Shown here one piece after another: positions 19,687 through 27,962 of a stretch of 55,695 bases of DNA. Both the position numbers and the translations under genes were made by a program. Each line of letters starts with the position of its first letter. Position 1 is the stretch's first letter. The DNA comes from an uncultured Gammaproteobacteria bacterium (GTDB lineage Bacteria > Cyanobacteriota > Vampirovibrionia > LMEP-6097), in assembly GCA_964551925.1 (NCBI GenBank), contig CAZKFA010000007.1, positions 1-55,695 of the forward strand, given 5' to 3'. The notes below the pieces were generated by a model, which saw only the letters and a program-made list of their open reading frames with translations, ran no database searches and had not been told where the DNA came from.

Positions 19687-20072
19687 TGAGCCGTACTATA
19701 CAGACTTTGGACTAAATCTAACAGTTCAATTGGGCTAAAAGGCTTGCTGAGAAAATAATCTGCACCAACTGACTTTGCCCACTCTTTATCTGTTTCTTGT
19801 CCTTTAGCTGTAAGTATTATAGTTATTATATCTTTTAAGTCAGGATTTTTTTTGATTTTTTCGCAGACCTCAAAACCAGACTGCCCAGGCATCATAACAT
19901 CAAGCAGCACAAGATCTGGTTTGTTTTTTTGGATTGCAATCATCGCTTCGTTGCCATCAGCAGCTTCTTCTATTTGGTATTTATTTTCAGATAGAAAAAT
20001 AGCCTTAAGTAAAGTCCTTAAAGAACTTTCGTCATCAACAACCAAGATTTTTATTTTTTTTGCTTCTTCCAT
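19683..20072 (-). CDS. single-domain response regulator (CheY-like receiver)
   Basis: 129-aa ORF with [18 protein letters not shown] and TAKG. No output domain. Confidence 0.85.
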   Translation of the reverse strand: MEEAKKIKILVVDDESSLRTLLKAIFLSENKYQIEEAADGNEAMIAIQKNKPDLVLLDVMMPGQSGFEVCEKIKKNPDLKDIITIILTAKGQETDKEWAKSVGADYFLSKPFSPIELLDLVQSLYSTAQ

Positions 20073-20079
20073 CTCTATT

Positions 20080-20085
20080 ACTATA
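20080..20085 (-). promoter_or_regulatory. -10 box TATAGT, 7 nt upstream of the response-regulator ATG
   Basis: Head of the five-gene operon spanning 20072 to 16297. Confidence 0.4.
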
Positions 20086-20158
20086 TTATGCCCATTTTGC
20101 TAATTTTTAAACAGAGGAACTTATTTTGATTAAGAGCTTTTGGTGTATCTTTATAGAG

Positions 20159-20761
20159 ATGCTTAAAATCTCTACCGGCCTTCTTCGGGGGCGTAATTTA
20201 CTGACTACGACAGCAATAAAGACTATGCGACCAACCCAGAGTTTGGTTAAGGAAGCTTTGATTAATACGCTGAATTCTTATTTTATTGGCAATGAAGTAG
20301 TTTGGGATGATCTAAAAATTTTGGATTTGTTTGCTGGATCTGGTTCAGTGGGTTTTGAATTTCTGAGTAATGGGGCTAGTTCTGTCACTTTTGTTGAAAG
20401 TGAGCGCGCTTGCCTTAAGACCCTCAAAGCCAATATTCAAGCACTTGGGCTTCAAGATCAAACTCGGGTTATCGCTGCTAGTTTGCCTTTAGCCTTAAAA
20501 AGAATAACTCAGAAACCTTTTGATTTGATATTTTTAGATCCCCCTTATTTGCAGGTAAGCCGGGATTTTGACTTAGTTCTAGCTACAATTACAAAGCTTA
20601 TCAGCGGTACTTTTGTGAAGCCCGGTGGGCTATTGATCCTAGAATACAATGATATGTCTTGCGGAAATGCCCTAATTGAGAGCTTTTCACAGCAACTAGA
20701 ATTAGTCAAAAGTAAAAGGTTCGGGGACAGTTTTTTGTTTTTCTATCGAGTGGTAAGCTGA
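20159..20761 (+). CDS. rsmD: 16S rRNA (guanine966-N2)-methyltransferase
   Basis: GRNLLTTTAIKTMRPTQSLVKEALIN, LDLFAGSGSVGFE and LDPPY motifs. The ATG at 20159 is preferred over the upstream TTG at 20126. Confidence 0.82.
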   Translation: MLKISTGLLRGRNLLTTTAIKTMRPTQSLVKEALINTLNSYFIGNEVVWDDLKILDLFAGSGSVGFEFLSNGASSVTFVESERACLKTLKANIQALGLQDQTRVIAASLPLALKRITQKPFDLIFLDPPYLQVSRDFDLVLATITKLISGTFVKPGGLLILEYNDMSCGNALIESFSQQLELVKSKRFGDSFLFFYRVVS

Positions 20762-20833
20762 AACCATTTTGCTCACCTAGATCTAGAACTTTAAAAATTA
20801 ACAAAGAATTTTCAAAAATCTTTTATAAAAAGG

Positions 20834-20862
20834 TTTACATTTTGGCAAGAAGCGGTTAAACT
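20834..20862 (+). promoter_or_regulatory. sigma70-type promoter of hup (TTTACA-N17-TAAACT)
   Basis: Hexamers with 17-nt spacing. Predicts a 5' UTR of about 100 nt. Confidence 0.4.
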
Positions 20863-20973
20863 TTACTATACCGCTGAATCAAAGTCAGGCAGTGGTTTAC
20901 AAAAAGCTAGCAAACGATTCAATCAGGAAGGCAGTTTGAGAGCACTCTGGCTAATTTAAATAGGAGAAAATAA

Positions 20974-21351
20974 ATGAATAAAGCAGAACTAATTGACGCA
21001 GTTTCAGGACAAACTGGTCTGTCAAAGACTCAAGTGGATGACGCGTTAAAAGCAATTTTGGCGACTATCACTCAAGAGTTGACTAAAGGTAACAAAATCA
21101 CCCTAGTTGGTTTTGGTACTTTCGAGAGACGTAAGCGCAAAGGTCGTATTGGTGTTAACCCACAAAATCCGACTCAAAAAATCAAGATTCCTCCAAAGAA
21201 TGCTCCTGCGTTCTCAGCTGGATCTGAACTTAAACAAGCAGTTCAAACTGGTAAAGCACCTCAACTTGCTAAGAAAAAGATCGCTGCTAAAAGACAAGCA
21301 GTATCTAAAGTTAAATCAAGCAAAGGTGGAAAGAAAAAAGCTACAAGATAG
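20974..21351 (+). CDS. hup: HU-family DNA-binding protein with Lys-rich C-terminal extension
   Basis: MNKAELIDAVSGQTGLSKTQVDDALKAIL and GFGTFERRKRKGRIGVNPQNP form an HU fold (residues 1-90). A 35-aa basic tail follows. AGGAG Shine-Dalgarno. Confidence 0.9.
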   Translation: MNKAELIDAVSGQTGLSKTQVDDALKAILATITQELTKGNKITLVGFGTFERRKRKGRIGVNPQNPTQKIKIPPKNAPAFSAGSELKQAVQTGKAPQLAKKKIAAKRQAVSKVKSSKGGKKKATR

Positions 21352-21378
21352 TTTTTCTCTAACAACTTAAGTTTAAAA

Positions 21379-21404
21379 AGCAGCTCTTCGGGGCTGCTTT
21401 TTTT
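21379..21404. terminator. bidirectional intrinsic terminator between hup and gpsA
   Basis: AGCAGCTC-TTCG-GGGCTGCT stem with a UUCG loop. A T-run follows on the plus strand and an A-run precedes it (T-run on the minus strand). Confidence 0.8.
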
Positions 21405-22383
21405 ATCTACCTCTACTCATTAAGGCAAGAACAGCGTCGACAGCTGTGATCTCACCATCGACTAGTTTTTTAATTTGTTCAACTATTGGTAATTGTAAAT
21501 TTTGTTCTTTACATATCTGATAAACAGCTCTAGCAGTGTTCACGCCTTCTGCAACTTCACCAAGTTTGCCAATGATATTTTCTAGTTTTTTCCCTTCGGC
21601 TAAAGAATAGCCAACACGATAGTTCCGACTTAAGTCACAAGAACAAGTCGCAATAAGATCGCCAATGCCGGCGGGTCCTAAAATCGTCTCTGGCTTGCAT
21701 TGATAAACGCTGAGCAGTTTGCTGATTTCGTGCAGTCCGCGAGTTATTAGGCTGGCCTTAGCACTTTCGCCTAATTTCAAAGCATCGGCTGCACCTGCTG
21801 CAATTGCAATTACATTCTTGAGGGCTCCACATAGCTCGACGCCTTTAATATCAGTATTAGTGTAGATTCTCAGAATAGGATTAGATAGTTGTTCTTTAAG
21901 GAATTCAGCAGTTATAACGTTATTCGCTGCGATTTCAGTAACCATGGGCTTGCCTTTGATTAACTCTTTTGCCAAATTGGGTCCCGATATTATCGCAATT
22001 GGATTCTCCGGACAAAATTTTCTAATTATCTCAGAAGGTGTTTGTAGATTGAGAGAGTCGATACCCTTAGCAGCATTCACTATGATGGTCTCGGAATTCA
22101 GACCTAGTTTACGTACTTGGATAAACACATCAGTCATCCCCTTAAGTGAAATTGCACTGATGATAATTTTACTAGAGAGAGCTTTTTCTAGATCGCTAGT
22201 AATGGTTACGTTGTCTGGGTATTTTTGTACTATTGGTTTCTTGAAGCGTCTCGTTTTATTGGCGCGACGAACACGACTAGCATCGTGGTCCCATAAGATA
22301 ATTTTATGGTTTTGTCCATATAAAAAAGCCAGAGTATTACCCCAGCTACCAGCCCCGAGAATTGAAATTTGTTCTTCTTCCAT
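21403..22383 (-). CDS. gpsA: NAD(P)H-dependent glycerol-3-phosphate dehydrogenase
   Basis: 326-aa ORF with ILGAGSWGNTLA, GPNLAKE and LKNVIAIAAG motifs. Confidence 0.92.
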   Translation of the reverse strand: MEEEQISILGAGSWGNTLAFLYGQNHKIILWDHDASRVRRANKTRRFKKPIVQKYPDNVTITSDLEKALSSKIIISAISLKGMTDVFIQVRKLGLNSETIIVNAAKGIDSLNLQTPSEIIRKFCPENPIAIISGPNLAKELIKGKPMVTEIAANNVITAEFLKEQLSNPILRIYTNTDIKGVELCGALKNVIAIAAGAADALKLGESAKASLITRGLHEISKLLSVYQCKPETILGPAGIGDLIATCSCDLSRNYRVGYSLAEGKKLENIIGKLGEVAEGVNTARAVYQICKEQNLQLPIVEQIKKLVDGEITAVDAVLALMSRGR

Positions 22384-22434
22384 CTAAGCCATCTTTTTCA
22401 TGGCATAATCTTATCACGCCATAGATTTATCCTT

Positions 22435-23157
22435 ATGATTAGCCGCAAGAGCTTTCTAAATGTACTAAAAGTTGATTTTTGGGAGCCAATGGAGCTGCTA
22501 GACCTTGACCCAGGTGACTTGATTTTTAGTCTTAATATGGAGCAGGTCGTTTGTGCTTTTGCTGATTTAGAGTTTCAAGAGAGGCTTAATTCTGCTCAAG
22601 TGATCTTGCCAGATGGTATTAGTGTTGTGTTAGTAGATAATTTTTTTACCTGGCTAGGCTTAATGGGGGATGAAAAACGGCGATTAAAAAAAATTACTGG
22701 TATTGATTTAGCAGAACAACTACTTAAAAAATATCAAAATATTGCAATTATTGGTAGTAAAGAGCAAGAAATTGAAAAATTAAGAGTAAAGTTTGCTGGA
22801 CAAATGATTTATTCTCATCATGGATTTTTAAATTCTAAGCAAGAACAAAGAATTTTTCGGCAGCTAGAAATTTTGCAGCCAACTCTGCTCATCATTGGAA
22901 TGGGATCGCCTCGACAAGAGAAATTTGCTTGTAATATCAAGGCTTTTTTGCCTAACACGATTATCATTGTTGTTGGCGGAGCTTTAGATATTTGGTCCGA
23001 TTCTTTATCAAGAGCTCCGATTTTGATGAGGAAATTTAACTTAGAATGGTTATTTCGTATTTCTCAGGAACCTTCTAGGCTGATCCGCTTCTTTAATAAC
23101 GTACGTAAATATGTTTATCTCTTATTAAAATTTTTGGTAAGAGAGTTAGTCGACTAA
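22435..23157 (+). CDS. WecB/TagA/CpsF family glycosyltransferase
   Basis: GMGSPRQEKF and LEWLFRISQEPSRL motifs. The ATG at 22435 is preferred over the track start 22369, which overlaps gpsA. Confidence 0.8.
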   Translation: MISRKSFLNVLKVDFWEPMELLDLDPGDLIFSLNMEQVVCAFADLEFQERLNSAQVILPDGISVVLVDNFFTWLGLMGDEKRRLKKITGIDLAEQLLKKYQNIAIIGSKEQEIEKLRVKFAGQMIYSHHGFLNSKQEQRIFRQLEILQPTLLIIGMGSPRQEKFACNIKAFLPNTIIIVVGGALDIWSDSLSRAPILMRKFNLEWLFRISQEPSRLIRFFNNVRKYVYLLLKFLVRELVD

Positions 23158-23197
23158 CATATCTGGGTACAAAGATCTTATTGTCGAAGAGCAAAAT

Positions 23198-23226
23198 TTG
23201 CCTAATTTGAAAATTTAATTTATATT
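23198..23226 (+). promoter_or_regulatory. sigma70-type promoter of the Lys/Ala-rich gene (TTGCCT-N17-TATATT)
   Basis: Hexamers with 17-nt spacing, about 50 nt upstream of the ATG. Confidence 0.45.
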
Positions 23227-23275
23227 CATAGGGTAGTGCAATTTAGTTATCGATAAAAATTTGGAGGAATTAAAA

Positions 23276-23434
23276 ATGGCAACAAAGAAAAAAGCTACGA
23301 AAAAAACAACCGCTAAAAAAGCGCCTGCTAAAAAAGCAGCTGCTAAGAAAGCACCTGCTAAGAAAAAAGCAGTTAAGAAAGTAGCTAAGAAAGCGCCTGC
23401 TAAGAAGAAAGCAGCTGCTAAGAAAAAGAAATAA
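23276..23434 (+). CDS. 52-aa Lys/Ala-rich histone-H1-like basic protein (MATKKKATKKTTAKKAPAKKAAAKKAPAKKKAVKKVAKKAPAKKKAAAKKKK)
   Basis: Absent from the ORF track (too short). GGAGG lies 8 nt upstream of the ATG, a TTGCCT-N17-TATATT promoter upstream, and an intrinsic terminator immediately downstream. Confidence 0.65.
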   Translation: MATKKKATKKTTAKKAPAKKAAAKKAPAKKKAVKKVAKKAPAKKKAAAKKKK

Positions 23435-23460
23435 GCTTTAGCTTAAATCATATCTTTTAG

Positions 23461-23488
23461 AGGACGGGCTTGCCTGTCCTTTTTTTTT
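23461..23488 (+). terminator. intrinsic terminator after the Lys/Ala-rich gene
   Basis: AGGACGGG-CTTG-CCTGTCCT stem (one G-U pair) followed by T8. Confidence 0.8.
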
Positions 23489-23517
23489 GTGGCCACAAAA
23501 TTTTCCAACAATTGTTC

Positions 23518-23523
23518 TATAAT
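23518..23523 (+). promoter_or_regulatory. -10 box TATAAT, 7 nt upstream of the pepA ATG (23531)
   Basis: Perfect consensus. Supports the shorter pepA start. Confidence 0.5.
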
Positions 23524-23530
23524 GATGCAT

Positions 23531-25072
23531 ATGAAAATTAAAGTTGAGAAGAAAAAAACGTTAAAAAAATTTACTTTTGATACTTTAGCTCTATTCGAAT
23601 TTCAAACAGAAAGCCCTAACAAAGGTAAGACATATTCTTCTGTTTTTCAAAGAATCGATAAAACTTTTAAAGGATTACTGACAGAATTTATTGAAGCGGA
23701 GAAATTTGAATTTAAGTCAGCAAGTAATTTGGTTATTAAATTAAGTTCGCAAAACAAAATCCCAACTCAGTACAAAGGACTTAACAGAATTATTCTTATC
23801 GGTATGGGCAAAAAAGCTGATGATAAAGCTGAACCAGCTGTTATTAATAAGCAAGTTCGTGAAGCTAGCGCTCATTTAATAAGAACAGCGAAAGGGCTTA
23901 AAAGTAAAAGAATATTTGTTGAAACAGAGTTAGATAATATAGACCTTTTGGTGGAAGCTGCTATATTAGTTGATTATGATTTCAGTAAGTATAAAACTAC
24001 TGACGACAAGAAAACAAAAATAGAAGAAGTTTATATTCAAACTAGTGAGTTAAGTGCGGCAACTAAAAAGCAAATTAAAATAGTAGAGTCGATTGCAACA
24101 GCTACTTGTTTGGCGCGTGATCTAGTCTGGGAGCCAGCTTCAGAGGCGACCCCAAGTTATTTAGCCGAAGCTGCTAAAAAGATTAAAGCCGAGAATATTA
24201 AAGTTACAGTAAAGGGGCGAGCGGAATGTGAAAAATTGGGCATGGGGGCTTTTCTAGCTGTTGCACGCGGATCAATTCAAGAACCGCAATTTATTGAAAT
24301 AACTTATAAGCCTACTACTAAAGTAAAAAAACATTTGGCGTTGATTGGTAAGGGTGTTACCTTCGACTCTGGTGGTCTAAGTTTGAAGCCAGCCAAATCA
24401 ATGGAGATGATGAAAGAAGACATGTCTGGAGCTGCTGCAATTATTGGTATTATGACCGCTATTGCTGAGATACAGCCAACTAATGTTCAAATCACCGCGA
24501 TAATAGCGGCTACTGAAAATATGCCAAGCGGAGACGCCTATAAGCCAGGTGATGTAATAACTGCCATGAATGGTAAAACTATTGAGGTTAATAATACTGA
24601 TGCCGAAGGGCGCTTAACTCTTGCTGATGCTGTTACTTATGCATCTGGTAAGAATCCAGATGAAATTATTGATTTTGCCACTCTTACGGGCGCTTGTATG
24701 GTGGCTTTAGGCAATATTTGTGCTGGACTGATGGGTAATGATCAGGCTTTGATTGATCGTATTAAAGTCTCTGCTGATGCTAGTGGCGAATTGATGTGGC
24801 AATTGCCTTTGTATGAAGAATATAAGAAGAAGCTCAAATCTCCTATTGCGGATTTGATTAACGCAGGATCTGGTGGGCAGGCAGGCGCGCAAAATGGAGC
24901 ATTATTTATTCAAGAATTTGTGGGTAAACAGAAAGATAGTGATAAAGCTATTCCTTGGACTCATATTGATATAGCCGGACCTTGTTGGCTAGAAAAAGAA
25001 AATGAATGGTCTAATAAGGGCGCTTCTGGAATACCGGTGCGTACTATTCTAGATTATATTCTTAGAAACTAG
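23531..25072 (+). CDS. pepA: leucyl aminopeptidase (M17)
   Basis: NTDAEGRLTLADA signature and VTFDSGGLSLKP. The ATG at 23531 is preferred: TATAAT lies 7 nt upstream, and the track GTG start sits inside the upstream terminator T-run. Confidence 0.9.
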   Translation: MKIKVEKKKTLKKFTFDTLALFEFQTESPNKGKTYSSVFQRIDKTFKGLLTEFIEAEKFEFKSASNLVIKLSSQNKIPTQYKGLNRIILIGMGKKADDKAEPAVINKQVREASAHLIRTAKGLKSKRIFVETELDNIDLLVEAAILVDYDFSKYKTTDDKKTKIEEVYIQTSELSAATKKQIKIVESIATATCLARDLVWEPASEATPSYLAEAAKKIKAENIKVTVKGRAECEKLGMGAFLAVARGSIQEPQFIEITYKPTTKVKKHLALIGKGVTFDSGGLSLKPAKSMEMMKEDMSGAAAIIGIMTAIAEIQPTNVQITAIIAATENMPSGDAYKPGDVITAMNGKTIEVNNTDAEGRLTLADAVTYASGKNPDEIIDFATLTGACMVALGNICAGLMGNDQALIDRIKVSADASGELMWQLPLYEEYKKKLKSPIADLINAGSGGQAGAQNGALFIQEFVGKQKDSDKAIPWTHIDIAGPCWLEKENEWSNKGASGIPVRTILDYILRN

Positions 25073-25098
25073 TATTTTAGTAGAAATCTACCTTGGTA

Positions 25099-25104
25099 TA
25101 CAAT
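25099..25104 (+). promoter_or_regulatory. -10 box TACAAT, 6 nt upstream of the SPFH gene ATG (25111)
   Basis: 5/6 match. Supports ATG 25111 over TTG 25093. Confidence 0.45.
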
Positions 25105-25110
25105 AGTAGT

Positions 25111-25995
25111 ATGGTTATTTTTACTTTGATATTTTTTATTGGATTAGCATTTTTGCTTTTCTTTGGTGCTTTTATAATTGTTAAACAGGGACATTGTGCT
25201 TTGGTTACTAGGCTTGGTAGTTATCAGGCGACACTGAAACCTGGTTTGCATATAATAGTTCCATTTATAGATAGTGTTGATCGGGTTGTTGATTTACGTG
25301 AGCAGGTTTTGCCGCTTGCCTCTCAGTCTGTGATAACAACGGATAATGTCAATATTAAAGTCGATGCTGTAATTTATTATCAGATTATCAATCCTTATGC
25401 TGCAATCTATGAGATTAATAATTTGGTTTTTGCTATAGAACAACTTTCTTTGACTTCTTTGCGAAACATAATTGGCGAGATGACCCTAGATGCGACGCTG
25501 ACAGGTAGAGACCTGGTGAATACGCGATTGCAGCAGATTATGGATATCGCTGCTGGTAAATGGGGTGTGAAAACCAATCGAGTAGAACTTAAAGATATAG
25601 ATCCGCCAGCCGAAATCCAACGAGCAATGAATGTACAGATGGAAGCAGAGCGTAACCGTAGAGCAACTATTCTGACTGCTGATGGTGAGCGTGAGTCGCA
25701 AATCCTGAGAGCCGACGGTGAGAAGCAGGCAACGATTAAGCGCGCTGAAGCTGAGGCTCAGAAATTATATCTAGAAGTGGAAGCACAAGCAAACACTGCC
25801 AAAACCTATATTGAGAGTCTTAAGTCTGCTGATGCGACTAAAGAGGTCTTGCAGCTGATGTATATGGATACCTTACAAAAGCTAGCCCAGGGGCCTGCCA
25901 ATAAAATATTTATTCCAACAGAGTCTATGACTGCCTTAGGCAGCATTGCTGCTGCTGGCGAGATGTTTAATCCAGATAAAGTGAAAAATAACTAA
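25111..25995 (+). CDS. SPFH/band-7 (stomatin-like) protein
   Basis: IVKQGHCALVTRLGSYQATLKPGLHIIVPFID and the EAERNRRA region. The ATG at 25111 is preceded by TACAAT 6 nt upstream. Confidence 0.88.
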   Translation: MVIFTLIFFIGLAFLLFFGAFIIVKQGHCALVTRLGSYQATLKPGLHIIVPFIDSVDRVVDLREQVLPLASQSVITTDNVNIKVDAVIYYQIINPYAAIYEINNLVFAIEQLSLTSLRNIIGEMTLDATLTGRDLVNTRLQQIMDIAAGKWGVKTNRVELKDIDPPAEIQRAMNVQMEAERNRRATILTADGERESQILRADGEKQATIKRAEAEAQKLYLEVEAQANTAKTYIESLKSADATKEVLQLMYMDTLQKLAQGPANKIFIPTESMTALGSIAAAGEMFNPDKVKNN

Positions 25996-25996
25996 T

Positions 25997-26446
25997 ATGC
26001 AAACTTATTTACTACTCTATATCCTTGCGGGCTTGCTGCTTTTTGTAGAGGCTTTTACTCCAGGGACCTTTCTTTTTATTTGTTTTGCTCTAGGCACCGC
26101 TCTTGCTGGTGTTGCTGACCATGTTTGGGGATTAGATTTGAAGTTTCTGCTTGGCATTGACTTGATGGTTTCTTTGGCTGCGCTATTTACTGTTAGACCT
26201 TTTTTACAGATGGTGATTAAGGCGCCAGCAGAAAAAGATCCTAGTAATTATGGTATTTATAGTGAGCGTTTGATAGGCAAAGAAGCTATGGTCTTCAAGC
26301 CGATCACTAAATATGAGACTGGTTTAGTTAAGCTCTATGATTTTGACGAGACTTGGTTCGCTAAGTCTCAGTCAGGCACAGAGATTGGGCAGGGTACTAC
26401 AGTCAAAATCCTTAAAGTGGAGAATAATTTTTTAATTGTAGAATAG
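25997..26446 (+). CDS. NfeD-family membrane protein
   Basis: 149-aa ORF with two TM helices and a C-terminal OB-like domain (GKEAMVFKPI, VKILKVENNFLIVE). Canonical partner position after a stomatin gene. Confidence 0.75.
   Translation: MQTYLLLYILAGLLLFVEAFTPGTFLFICFALGTALAGVADHVWGLDLKFLLGIDLMVSLAALFTVRPFLQMVIKAPAEKDPSNYGIYSERLIGKEAMVFKPITKYETGLVKLYDFDETWFAKSQSGTEIGQGTTVKILKVENNFLIVE
26439..26444 (+). promoter_or_regulatory. -10 box TAGAAT, 8 nt upstream of the gmk ATG
   Basis: Overlaps the last codons of nfeD. Confidence 0.4.
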
Positions 26447-26452
26447 ATTTTC

Positions 26453-27019
26453 ATGTCCCCGAATAAAAACAACCTGATTATTTTTACCGGACCTTCTGGA
26501 GTAGGTAAGGGTACTATTGTTGATAAATTATTTCAAGAATTAACAGGAGTGGAGTTCTCAGTGAGTTGTACTACTCGTAAACAAAGACCTAAAGAAAAAG
26601 AAGGCGAAGATTATTTTTTTGTATCGGTGGAGCATTTTAAATCAATGATTGAGAATGATGATTTCTTAGAGTGGGCAGAATTTGTTGGTAACTATTATGG
26701 CACCCCAAAGTCTTTTGTTAAAAGGACTTTAGAGGCGGGTAAAGATGTTTTTTTAGAGATAGAAGTTCAAGGAGCTTTGCAAGTTATGGACAAATGTCCA
26801 GAAGCCATCAGTATTTTTTTAATACCACCAGGTTTTGATGAACTTGAGGCGCGTTTGCGAGGACGCGGGACAGAATCAGAAGAGATTTTACAACAACGCC
26901 TACAGAAGGCTCGTGAGGAGATGAACTATGTTGATAAGTTTCAACATGTGGTATTGAATGACAATATTGATAAAGCAGTAGAGAGCTTAAAGACAATAAT
27001 TCTTGGCGCTAGGCTTTAA
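26453..27019 (+). CDS. gmk: guanylate kinase
   Basis: 188-aa ORF with GPSGVGKGTI, TTRKQRPKEKEGEDYFF and NYYGT motifs. Confidence 0.93.
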   Translation: MSPNKNNLIIFTGPSGVGKGTIVDKLFQELTGVEFSVSCTTRKQRPKEKEGEDYFFVSVEHFKSMIENDDFLEWAEFVGNYYGTPKSFVKRTLEAGKDVFLEIEVQGALQVMDKCPEAISIFLIPPGFDELEARLRGRGTESEEILQQRLQKAREEMNYVDKFQHVVLNDNIDKAVESLKTIILGARL

Positions 27020-27953
27020 CCTCTTCTAAGCTTTCTACAAAAGCTATCGCCATAGTTGCAGCGATTGAACCATCAGAAGCTGCCGTAATGGCCTGTTTGA
27101 GAGGAGTATTGCGGATATCACCAGCAGCGAAGACTCCTGGAATATTCGTTTGCATTTTTTCATCAGCAATAACCTTGCCTTGTCCATCGATAGCTACAGA
27201 ACCATCAAGGTATTGAGTGTTAGGATCTAAGCCAACATAAATAAAAACACCCTCACAGGGGAAATCTTTTACTTCATTAGTCTTAATATTTTTGATTGTG
27301 ACTGAATTAACACCAAGCATATCACCGTTGATCTTCTCTACAACTGTATCCCAGATAGTATTTGTTTTGGGGTTATTGATAAATCTATTCTGTAATATCC
27401 TCTCTGCTCTTAGCTCATCACGTCGGTGAATCAAAGTTACCTTGCTTGCATATTTGGTTAGAAAATTACCTTCTTCGACTGCTGAAGAACCGCCACCAAC
27501 TACCACCAATTCTCGCCCCTTAAAAAAAGCTCCATCACAAACAGCGCAATAACTTACACCCTTACCCGATAACTCATGTTCACCAGGAACACCAAGTTTG
27601 CGGTGCTCAGAGCCGCTAGCAATAATTACAGTGTGGGCTTTGTATGTCGCACCAGTGTTAGTCTTGATTATTTTAGGCTGGGCTTTAAGGTTTATTTCTG
27701 TAACTGAACAATTTGTAACTATCTCACAGCCGAAGCGTTTAGTTTGAGCTTCCATAGCATCTGAAACCTGTGGACCTGTCATGTGATCCATGCCAGGATA
27801 ATTTTCTATCTCCTCGGTAACTTGTAATTGCCCGCCAACTATTCCTTTCTCTAGAATAATAGTTTTTAGATTACCGCGTGAAGCATAGAGCCCAGCAGAG
27901 AGCCCAGCTGGACCCGCACCGATAATAAGACAATCATAAACAGTGTCATTCAT
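27009..27953 (-). CDS. trxB: thioredoxin-disulfide reductase
   Basis: 314-aa ORF with GAGPAGLSAG, redox CAVCDG and GGGSSAVEEG motifs. Confidence 0.93.
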   Translation of the reverse strand: MNDTVYDCLIIGAGPAGLSAGLYASRGNLKTIILEKGIVGGQLQVTEEIENYPGMDHMTGPQVSDAMEAQTKRFGCEIVTNCSVTEINLKAQPKIIKTNTGATYKAHTVIIASGSEHRKLGVPGEHELSGKGVSYCAVCDGAFFKGRELVVVGGGSSAVEEGNFLTKYASKVTLIHRRDELRAERILQNRFINNPKTNTIWDTVVEKINGDMLGVNSVTIKNIKTNEVKDFPCEGVFIYVGLDPNTQYLDGSVAIDGQGKVIADEKMQTNIPGVFAAGDIRNTPLKQAITAASDGSIAATMAIAFVESLEEVKA

Positions 27954-27962
27954 ATTAATATT

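Noticed and set aside
20869-20973. SRP/4.5S-like motif (TCAGGAAGGCAG) in the long hup 5' UTR
   Set aside because: There is no symmetric domain-IV hairpin or matching 3' strand. Only a weak 6-bp long-range pair was found, so it is treated as an ordinary leader.
21107-21370. 87-aa plus-strand ORF overlapping hup in another frame
   Set aside because: It is a frame shadow of the lysine-codon-rich HU tail, and the HU frame has clear homology.
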